The notes beneath the pieces are model-generated. The model had not been told where the DNA came from, did no database searches, and saw only the letters and a list, made by a program, of their open reading frames with translations. A DNA stretch of 64,000 bases from a virus. Position 1 is the stretch's first letter, and each line of letters opens with the position of its first letter. Position numbers and translations under genes: made by a program. This document shows, piece by piece, positions 56,785-64,000 of the stretch. The stretch covers positions 25,581 to 89,580 of the IMG/VR virus record IMGVR_UViG_3300012944_000025; one strand, given 5' to 3'.

Positions 56785-57431
56785 CGCCTGCCAAGGACCT
56801 GCTGTCGAGCAGGGCCACCTCCGCGGTTGCCTTGTGCCGGGCGGCCGAGATCGTGCTCGGCGACCACGTCACGTGGGAACCCGAGTCGATATGGGTCGAG
56901 CTGGAGCACCAGGACGTGGTAGTTCCCGCGGGGACTCGGGATCAGCTGATGGCCGCGATAGCGCTGCGTCTGGTCCCCGCCTTCTACTGGGACGCAGTAG
57001 TGCTGGCCAACACAGCAGTGGCGTTCGACGGCCGGGTCGTTCACGTCGAGATCCTCGAGGAGGCCACACCGGCGACCTTGGCGTGGGCCATGGTCGAGGC
57101 AGCCTGGATTCGACGGCGTCACGACCTCGAGGCGCTACGGCCCGAGCACGAGCCGATCGCGTACGTCGCGGTCATCCTCGACCGCGCGGGCTTCGTGCTC
57201 GCGCCGGAGCAGCTGGCATTCGCGCAGGACGCGCTCGACGACCGACGGTCCAAGTCCGGACTGCTCGAGGACGTCCGGCAGCGCTGGTCCGGGATCGACA
57301 AGAGCAAGCTCACCGACCTCGCTTTGCAGGAGACCCCGGTCGATGTCCAGATCGCGCGCCTAGCCGCCGTTGAGCTTCACGTGCGGACACGCCTGGCCGC
57401 GGCGGAGGCGGAGCTTGCCCGGCTTACCTGA
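56781..57431 (+). CDS. Hypothetical protein
   Basis: ATGA coupled to the previous gene. Confidence 0.6.
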   Translation: MTPAKDLLSSRATSAVALCRAAEIVLGDHVTWEPESIWVELEHQDVVVPAGTRDQLMAAIALRLVPAFYWDAVVLANTAVAFDGRVVHVEILEEATPATLAWAMVEAAWIRRRHDLEALRPEHEPIAYVAVILDRAGFVLAPEQLAFAQDALDDRRSKSGLLEDVRQRWSGIDKSKLTDLALQETPVDVQIARLAAVELHVRTRLAAAEAELARLT

Positions 57432-58692
57432 CGCCCGCCTCCTTGGCCTCCTTCTCTGCCTTGGCGCTCGCCTGCGTGTACGCCCGGATCATCTTGGCGA
57501 AGTTCGGGTTCCCGACCAGGGCCCCGTTGATACCCTGGCGCCACCAGGTCTCCGCAGCACCGCCACTGCGCTCAGCGTTGTCGACGCCGGCGTTCATGAA
57601 CGACATCACGATGTCTGCCGGGATATCACCGAGGAACAGCGCGAGGCTATCGACGAACTCGCCGGGCACCCGACGCTCCTCGGGCAGGTTCACCACGCGA
57701 ACCGCCAGGCCTGCGACGAGGTCCGTGATCCGGTCCAGCCGCTCGTCCTTGATGAGCTTCTGCACGCGCGACCGCACCTGGCTGTAACGGTACAGGACGT
57801 CGTCCGGCGCCACCGTGGTCGTCCGGTCCTTGACGTACTCCAGGAACGTCTGCGTTGTCGCGGTGCCGATGATCCCCGCGTACGCCGCGCGTGCCACGGC
57901 TCCCGTGAGCGACTCATTGGCCGCCGCCAACGCGAAGCACACGCGGGACACCGCTTCCCACGTGGCAGGACACGCGAAGACCTTGCCAGCCTTGGCAGCG
58001 GTCTCATCGTAGAAGTGGCTGACGTGGGCCCGCAGATACCCGAGAACCTCGTCGTGAAACTCGCTGCGCTCGGCGTACGCCATGAAGTCCGCGTAGTCCG
58101 CCGCGAGGTACACCATCATGGTGCGCCGGCGCATCGCGGGGTCCTTCTCGTACTCGTTGACCGAGAAACCCTGCCCAGAGGGGTTCATCGTCGCAATGAT
58201 CTGGATACCGTCCGGGATCTTCGTGTCGCCGATCATCCGGTCCCCGATGAGCACGAAGGCGGAGCGCGTGGTGCTCTTGTCCGGCGCGCGGTTCAGCTCC
58301 TCGATCACCAGCACAGCCTTGCGGTGCGCGGGGATTCTGCGATTGGGGTGGTTGGGCGCCTCATCCTCCACGTAACGAAGAAGGTCCTCGAACGTTCGCG
58401 GGATCTTTTGGTCGAAGAACGGCGAGCCGTCCTTGGGCAGGGTGGGCAACTGGAAGCTCTCGGGCGCCGCCGTCGGCATGTGGATCTGCGCGTACGGGAC
58501 GAGACGGCGCTCGGCGATCTGCTTCGGGATGGCGGTCTTGCCGATCCCCGACTGACCCATCACGGTCAGGACCAGGTTCTGGTCGGCGATCACACCGATC
58601 ATGCGCTCCAGCACGCGCGGCGTGACGGTGTCGATTCCGAGCTGCGTGGCCGCGGTTTCTTCGACGTGGTAGCTTGCTTGAGGCTTGGACAT
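57424..58692 (-). CDS. MoxR-like AAA+ ATPase
   Basis: GQSGIGKT Walker A, VLVIEELNRA Walker B, ATMNP, DPAMRRR, CPATWE. Confidence 0.85.
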   Translation of the reverse strand: MSKPQASYHVEETAATQLGIDTVTPRVLERMIGVIADQNLVLTVMGQSGIGKTAIPKQIAERRLVPYAQIHMPTAAPESFQLPTLPKDGSPFFDQKIPRTFEDLLRYVEDEAPNHPNRRIPAHRKAVLVIEELNRAPDKSTTRSAFVLIGDRMIGDTKIPDGIQIIATMNPSGQGFSVNEYEKDPAMRRRTMMVYLAADYADFMAYAERSEFHDEVLGYLRAHVSHFYDETAAKAGKVFACPATWEAVSRVCFALAAANESLTGAVARAAYAGIIGTATTQTFLEYVKDRTTTVAPDDVLYRYSQVRSRVQKLIKDERLDRITDLVAGLAVRVVNLPEERRVPGEFVDSLALFLGDIPADIVMSFMNAGVDNAERSGGAAETWWRQGINGALVGNPNFAKMIRAYTQASAKAEKEAKEAGVR

Positions 58693-58742
58693 GTAGACTC
58701 TCCTGTTGTGTGTTGTTTCGGTTCGACGGTCGGCGGTGCCGC

Positions 58743-60365
58743 GTGACTGCGGTCGCCGGGGAAGTGATCAGCGGATACAGGTCGGACATCGCGCAGGCGC
58801 TGTTCCATGTCGAGGGCAGTCCGTTCAGCCTCGAGGACTACCCGACGCACCTGGCGATATACGACGGCGACTACGCGAAGCTCCTGCTCAAGATGGCGAG
58901 GCAGACCGCCAAGAGCACGGCCATCGCGTGCTTCATGATCGCGGAGTGCGTCGGCACTCCGCACTTCAAGTGCTACTACATCAGCCCGAGCAAGGAGCAG
59001 ACCTGCAAATTCTCGAACTCGAGAATCGGGAAGATCCTGTCCTACAGCCCGGACCTGAAGCGCACGTTCGTGGGCCCGGAGTCCGTTGACAACGTCCTTC
59101 ATCGGATGCTGCGCAACGGCTCGGAGATGGCATTCAGCTACGCCTGGGACGACCCGGATCGGACGCGCGGAATCTCGGCCGATCGCACCGCGTTCGACGA
59201 GGTCCAAGACATCCTCTACGACGAGGTCATCCCCGTTATCGAAGAGTCGATGGGCAACTCGAAGTTCGGCCCGTTCTCGATATACGCGGGCACGCCCAAG
59301 ACGAGCGAGAACACCATCGAGCTGCTGTGGCAGTGGTCGTCGCAGACCGAGTGGTGCATGCGGTGCACGGGCTGCGCGAAGTTCACGTACATCGATAGTA
59401 CCAAGGCGCTCGGCAAGCACGGCCCAATCTGTCTCTCGTGCGGCAAGAATCTCAACCCGAGGGATGGGCGCTGGGTAGATCTCTGCTCGGGGAAGACGAT
59501 CAAGGGCTTCCACGTCAGCCAGCCGATGATGCCGCGGAACGTGCCAGCGGCCTGGCCGACGTCGAGCCCGATGCACGCCAAGGCGGTCAAGCACTGGGAC
59601 GAGATGCTCGGGAAGATGGAGCCGTACGGCGAGACCAAGTTCCTCAACGAGTGCATCGCCGTCAGCACCTCAACGGGCGTGAAGCTCCTGACCAAGGAGA
59701 TCCTCGAGGGCCTGTGCGACGAGCGGCGCACCATGACGCGCCTTCCGATGCCGCGGGCCAAGGACGGGATCGTCAGGGTCGCCGCCGGCGTGGACTGGTC
59801 GGGCGGCGGTGGCGAGGTGAAGGGCAGCGAAGGCTTGTTCAAGTCGCGAACCGTGTTTCACATCTGGGGTCAGACCGAGGACGGCCGGCTCAGGACGTTG
59901 TTTTACAAGATATTCCCCAACGCCCACGCGACGGGCTGGGTCGACGAGATCGTCGAGCTGTGCAATGCGTGGGGCGTCCAGATGATCGTCGGCGACGAGG
60001 GCGAGGGCGCTCTCGCGAACTCGATCCTGCGGCAGAAGCTCGGCGAACATCGAGTCATACAGATTCGATACATGCACCTCAGCAAGCCCGTCGACTGGCG
60101 TCCCGACAAGCAGACCTACCACGTTGACCGCACGACCATGATCGACAACTTCGCCCGCTTCCTGATGCTGAAGCAGGCGATCTACGTCTCGAAGACCCAG
60201 ATGAAGCCGGCGATCGACGACATCCTGAGTGTGTACGAGAACGTCACACGCACGGGTCACAAGGTCTGGCAGCACCCGCCCAACGTGCCCGACGACTCGC
60301 TGCACGCTCAGCTGTTCGGCTGGTTCGGGTGGCGCCTGCTGTGCAAGGACCTGACGTTCTACTGA
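58743..60365 (+). CDS. terL: Terminase large subunit (GpA-like)
   Basis: MARQTAKST Walker A variant, RGISAD..FDEVQD, GTPKT, CxxC pairs, GFHVSQ, nuclease GVDW...DDSLHA. Confidence 0.85.
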   Translation: MTAVAGEVISGYRSDIAQALFHVEGSPFSLEDYPTHLAIYDGDYAKLLLKMARQTAKSTAIACFMIAECVGTPHFKCYYISPSKEQTCKFSNSRIGKILSYSPDLKRTFVGPESVDNVLHRMLRNGSEMAFSYAWDDPDRTRGISADRTAFDEVQDILYDEVIPVIEESMGNSKFGPFSIYAGTPKTSENTIELLWQWSSQTEWCMRCTGCAKFTYIDSTKALGKHGPICLSCGKNLNPRDGRWVDLCSGKTIKGFHVSQPMMPRNVPAAWPTSSPMHAKAVKHWDEMLGKMEPYGETKFLNECIAVSTSTGVKLLTKEILEGLCDERRTMTRLPMPRAKDGIVRVAAGVDWSGGGGEVKGSEGLFKSRTVFHIWGQTEDGRLRTLFYKIFPNAHATGWVDEIVELCNAWGVQMIVGDEGEGALANSILRQKLGEHRVIQIRYMHLSKPVDWRPDKQTYHVDRTTMIDNFARFLMLKQAIYVSKTQMKPAIDDILSVYENVTRTGHKVWQHPPNVPDDSLHAQLFGWFGWRLLCKDLTFY

Positions 60366-60547
60366 GGTTGCTCACAACACATATGCCGAGTCGCACATGT
60401 GTTGCAGATGTCCTCTGTTGCCCACGCGTGCATCGTACGGCCAGTCGTCACGGTACAGTACTGACACTTCGTGTCGTATCTTCGACGAGGAAATACGTAC
60501 CAGCGAAACCGCCAGTACAACATCCTCCACCACGAGAACGGATTCAT
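60359..60547 (-). CDS. Small Trp/Cys-rich hypothetical protein, low GC
   Basis: AAAGGAAG SD; CQYC...CNTC. Confidence 0.4.
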   Translation of the reverse strand: MNPFSWWRMLYWRFRWYVFPRRRYDTKCQYCTVTTGRTMHAWATEDICNTCATRHMCCEQPQ

Positions 60548-60556
60548 ATCTTCCTT

Positions 60557-61147
60557 TCAGGAACGTGACGCGGCGTACGCGTCGATGGCAGGTTCCAGGA
60601 TGTCCTGCATCGCCAGGTAGACCGCCCGACAGGTCCTCGCGTCGGGAAGCGCCCGGTGCCCGTCGTTGTGCTCGACGCCGAAGTAGCGCGCCAGGGTCTC
60701 GAGCTTAACGTTGTCGACCAGGCCCCTGCGTAGAAACGGCTGCGCGATCGAAACCGTGCAGAGCGTGTGGTATCGACCCGTCCATCGTTGTTGGCAGGCC
60801 GCTAGCGCCGCCTCCACGAACGCCTTGTCGAACGGCGCGTTGTGGCAGCACATGACCGCCTGACGGGCCATCCCGAGCATCTTGACCATCGCGGTCGCCA
60901 ACGGCACGCCCTCGGCGGCCCACTTCTCGGCATTGTAGCCGTTGATCCGAGCCGCGTCGGGCTCCACAGGCCGCGTGGGGATGACGAGCGCCTCCCACTC
61001 CTCGATCACCTCGCGGCCCGACGGATCCGTCAGCACGCAGCCGATCTCGATGATGTCCGTCCTGGCCGCCGAGAGCCCGCCGGTCTCGGTGTCCAGGAAC
61101 AGAATGTTGGCGTCCTTCACGTGGGGAAGCGATGGTCGAGTGAACAT
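60557..61147 (-). CDS. DEDDh 3'-5' exonuclease (DnaQ-like)
   Basis: FLDTETGG, HNAPFD, HRALPDA. Confidence 0.92.
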   Translation of the reverse strand: MFTRPSLPHVKDANILFLDTETGGLSAARTDIIEIGCVLTDPSGREVIEEWEALVIPTRPVEPDAARINGYNAEKWAAEGVPLATAMVKMLGMARQAVMCCHNAPFDKAFVEAALAACQQRWTGRYHTLCTVSIAQPFLRRGLVDNVKLETLARYFGVEHNDGHRALPDARTCRAVYLAMQDILEPAIDAYAASRS

Positions 61148-61165
61148 GGATGCTCCTTCGACTAT

Positions 61166-61182
61166 CGCTTATACCGTAAGCA
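61166..61182. promoter_or_regulatory. Operator-like site CGCTTA-N5-TAAGCA
   Basis: Upstream of the exonuclease SD; matches the consensus. Confidence 0.55.
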
Positions 61183-61197
61183 ATGGGTCCAGTTCGA

Positions 61198-61839
61198 CTA
61201 CGACGACGGGCTTTCGTCGTCGGTCGACTTCCCGGCGTAGATGTCTACCGCGTCGGGCTCCACCGCGGGCTCGGCGACGGGTTCGACACTGGGTGGCGCA
61301 TCCACGATCGGCGCCTCGTGCGGCATAGCCTGCTCGACGTGAGCCGTCGACCGAGCGAACGAGTAGTCACCGGCCGCGATCTTCGCGAAGTAGTCCTCGT
61401 ACGCCGGGATGAGGGCCTGCGGCACGGGGGACCGGCCGAACGGCGTCTCCGTGGAGAGGTCCAGGTACGTCTCGATCAGCGCGATCGGCTGGAACGTCAC
61501 CGAGTACTGGGCGACGAACGCGCCCGGCTGCCCGGGCTGGAATCCCATGCGAATAGCCGCGGGCGCCCACATCCGAATGTCGAACGAGCCGACGCCCGAC
61601 CCCTTGGTCTTCTCCACGCGCCCGATGATCGGGCCTATCGTGGTGTGGAACAGCATGATCGGGAGGGCCTGCGCCCGCACGTGCCACGCAGCCTCCACGG
61701 GCTTGGTCTTCGCGGTCTTCGACGCCTTCTGTGTTTGCTTCTTCATTGCGGTCCTCTTGACTCGTTGCTTGCGTGACGCCTTTTGCGCGTCGGGGTTGTA
61801 GTCGGGATCGTGTTGATCCCCTCCGAAGTTATTCGGCAT
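61198..61839 (-). CDS. Hypothetical protein
   Basis: Basic N-terminus, acidic/Pro C-terminus; start uncertain. Confidence 0.55.
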   Translation of the reverse strand: MPNNFGGDQHDPDYNPDAQKASRKQRVKRTAMKKQTQKASKTAKTKPVEAAWHVRAQALPIMLFHTTIGPIIGRVEKTKGSGVGSFDIRMWAPAAIRMGFQPGQPGAFVAQYSVTFQPIALIETYLDLSTETPFGRSPVPQALIPAYEDYFAKIAAGDYSFARSTAHVEQAMPHEAPIVDAPPSVEPVAEPAVEPDAVDIYAGKSTDDESPSS

Positions 61840-61850
61840 GCTGGCCTCTT

Positions 61851-64000
61851 TCATGACGCCTTGGCACCTAGGGCCTCCTCGATTTGCTCCCGCTCCCTCG
61901 CCTCGTCCTCGTCCTCGCGCAGCTCGATGAGCGCCTCCTCGTCGATCTCGGCGAAGAACTCCTGCTCCGGCGTGGCCGGGGTCGGCGCGTTCTTCGCGAT
62001 GTATTCCTGGATGGTCGACTTGGCTTCTCCGTAGCTCGAGCCCACGGTCAAGTCGCACGCGAACGCGACGGGCAACCAGGGGTACTTCTCGCTGACGCGG
62101 TCCACACAGTACTTCTGGAAGAACGCCTCGGCGAGGTGCAGGTACTTCTTCTTGATGGTGCCAACGATCGAGTCGTGCACCGTGATACATAGCCGCCCGC
62201 CCAGCTCGTGGATGTGCTCCGCGATCTCGATCAGCTGTCCGATCACGATGTCGGAGCTGGTTGACTGGATCTTCATGTTCTTGCCGCGGCGCTCGGCCTG
62301 CCCGGCGAAGAAGCGGTTGACCCGGACGAGCGGGAAGCGCCGACGCCGGCCGAAGAACGTCTCGACGAATCCGTGCTTGTGGATCGACGCAACGACCTCG
62401 TCCATGTACCCCTTGAGGCTGGGGAACCGGGCGAACAGCTTGTCGATGACCTCCTGAGCGCGCTCCTCGGAGATGCCGGCGGTCTCGGCGATCTTCTTCG
62501 CCATGGCGCCATACAGGATTCCGAACACAACGCGCTTCACGGTGGTGCGGACCTCTTTGTGGACGTCCTCCTTGCCGCGCTCAACCTCGTCATACGGGAT
62601 CCCGAAGATTTCCTGCGTGAACCAGCTGTGAACGTCGAGGCCGTCGTTGATCGCCTTCTCGAGCTGCTCGTCGCGGGCGTACGCCGTGAACACCCGGATC
62701 TCGGCGCCCTTCCAGTCGACGTTGAAGATCACCTCCTCCTCGGGGTCGTCGGGGATGAACAGCTTCTTGATGTTCAATCCCGCGATCGACTTGATCGGGA
62801 GATTCTGCATGTTGATGTTCCGGCTGGCGAGCCGGCCCGTCGACGTGCCGTGCTGAAGAAACGACGTGTGAACCCGGCCGTCGTAGTCGGAGAGCACCCG
62901 AATCTCGACGATGAAGCCGGTGAGCGCCTTGTGCGCGGCTCGGTACTCGAGCAGCGTCTTGGCGAACGGGCACTTCGTCTTCTCGGCGATCGCCTTCAGG
63001 GTCTTCTTGTCGACCTTGAACTGCTGGCTCTTCTTGTTGATCTCGCACCACGGGCCTTGGCGGGTCGCAGGTCGAGGTGCGCCGTTGACATCGGGGACCG
63101 GGTTCTCGGGGTCCATGACGCCAGCGGTGAACAGCAGCCACGCCACCTGCTGTGTCGAATTCGGGTTGAACTCCTCGTTCTTCTTGTCCGGGTAGAACCG
63201 TGCGGTCGAGGCCCACAGACTCCGCAGCGCGGACATCTTTTCGTCGACGATTCGACCAAGCTGCACCTCGAGGTGATCGAGGTAGTTCCGGTCGACCGGG
63301 AACCCGTCGAACTCCATCTTACCCAGGGCGCGGGACCCCGGGATGCAGTGCGTGCGCATCAAGGACAGCGCGCCCTTGCAACCCTCCTCGTTGACGCGAG
63401 CGGTCTGGTTTCGCAGGAGCCGCCGCGTCAGGTCGGTATCGACCGCCGCGTACGGCAGCAGGATGTCGAGCGGGACGCGCGAGTACCCATTGTCGTTCGC
63501 CTGCTTCTTGCGGTGCTTCTTGTCCCCGTAGAGGTACGCCTCGAGCTGCGATTTGCTCATCTCGATCGACATCCCCTCGTCGAAGCCAGGGGACTTGATC
63601 TTGCGCTTGCGGATGTCCTTGAGGAGCTTGGAGACACCTTCTTCCTCAACGGTCAGCTTCGCGGCCAGCTCGCCGACCTTGTCCGCGTAGTTCGCGAACT
63701 GCGGGAAGTAGCTCCGCCCGAGGATCTTGAGCGAGTACGCGCCGCTCATGTCCTCGCGCAGGAGGTGCTCACCGAGCAGCGTGTCCCACGCGACGTTCGC
63801 GACGCGCAGCCCGTGTCGAAGCTCCAGCATGCGGAGGTCGAATCCACCGTTGTGGAACACCTTGGGCTTTGGACACTCGAGGACTCGACGAACGTGGCCG
63901 ACCACCGCCTCCAGCTCCTCGGGCGTCCAGGGCGCCAACGGGTGCCACAGTGGGATGGCGGTGGCCCTCCCGTTGTCCCACGCGAACGACACGCACAGAA
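61851..64000 (-). CDS. polA: Family A DNA polymerase (5' part outside the window)
   Basis: Exo FHNGGFD, YAAVD; TGRLAS..NMQN; motif A DWKGAEIR; motif B RTTVKRVVFGILYG; motif C VHDS. Confidence 0.95.
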   Translation of the reverse strand, partial: LCVSFAWDNGRATAIPLWHPLAPWTPEELEAVVGHVRRVLECPKPKVFHNGGFDLRMLELRHGLRVANVAWDTLLGEHLLREDMSGAYSLKILGRSYFPQFANYADKVGELAAKLTVEEEGVSKLLKDIRKRKIKSPGFDEGMSIEMSKSQLEAYLYGDKKHRKKQANDNGYSRVPLDILLPYAAVDTDLTRRLLRNQTARVNEEGCKGALSLMRTHCIPGSRALGKMEFDGFPVDRNYLDHLEVQLGRIVDEKMSALRSLWASTARFYPDKKNEEFNPNSTQQVAWLLFTAGVMDPENPVPDVNGAPRPATRQGPWCEINKKSQQFKVDKKTLKAIAEKTKCPFAKTLLEYRAAHKALTGFIVEIRVLSDYDGRVHTSFLQHGTSTGRLASRNINMQNLPIKSIAGLNIKKLFIPDDPEEEVIFNVDWKGAEIRVFTAYARDEQLEKAINDGLDVHSWFTQEIFGIPYDEVERGKEDVHKEVRTTVKRVVFGILYGAMAKKIAETAGISEERAQEVIDKLFARFPSLKGYMDEVVASIHKHGFVETFFGRRRRFPLVRVNRFFAGQAERRGKNMKIQSTSSDIVIGQLIEIAEHIHELGGRLCITVHDSIVGTIKKKYLHLAEAFFQKYCVDRVSEKYPWLPVAFACDLTVGSSYGEAKSTIQEYIAKNAPTPATPEQEFFAEIDEEALIELREDEDEAREREQIEEALGAKAS

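Noticed and set aside
58885-58925. Terminase Walker A reading RQTAKST instead of RQxGKS/T, suggesting inactivation
   Set aside because: The Lys-Ser/Thr, Walker B and nuclease Asp residues are intact; deviant P-loops are common in terminases.
1-64000. CRISPR array, tRNA/rRNA genes, integrase, transposase, reverse transcriptase (DGR/retron)
   Set aside because: By eye, I found no regularly spaced repeats, cloverleaf/T-loop signatures, or RT/recombinase motifs. A tRNAscan/Infernal run would be needed to exclude RNA genes.
48744-64000. Inteins or introns in RNR, terminase or DNA polymerase
   Set aside because: The frames are continuous, lengths are typical, and no intein splice-junction or LAGLIDADG motifs were seen. 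PolA has only a short Lys-rich insertion in the exonuclease region.

Overview
High-GC (roughly 65-70%) segment of a large myovirus-like tailed phage genome. The host is probably a myxobacterium (Myxococcota); this is inferred from captured host-type small genes. Bases 1-29 kb are a dense, mostly minus-strand block of short accessory genes mixed with nucleotide and DNA metabolism genes (Nudix, MazG-like, ThyX, dNMP kinase, RNase HII, DinG helicase, GHKL ATPase, XRE and RHH regulators). Bases 29-48 kb are a plus-strand contractile tail/baseplate operon: frameshifted tail chaperone, tape measure, hub with lytic transglycosylase, sigma factor, M23 peptidase, gp25-like, baseplate J, wedge and tail fibre. 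Bases 48-64 kb carry class II RNR, RuvC, a DUF932-like gene, a MoxR AAA/VWA pair, terminase large subunit, a DEDDh exonuclease and a partial family A DNA polymerase. The most notable observations are five: (1) an orphan double-glycine, Cys/Thr-rich RiPP (lanthipeptide-like) precursor inserted between 24-bp direct repeats that duplicate the 3' end of mazG; (2) about 14 paralogs of a small H-C-CxxC ('GITH...C...VDCMTCL') zinc finger, including a circularly permuted copy inside the baseplate operon; (3) a 17-bp palindromic motif (TGyTyA-N5-TrArCA) at six gene starts; (4) a stand-alone response regulator; (5) a canonical -1 slippery site in the tail chaperone gene. All functional calls come from motif recognition by eye; no database searches were run.
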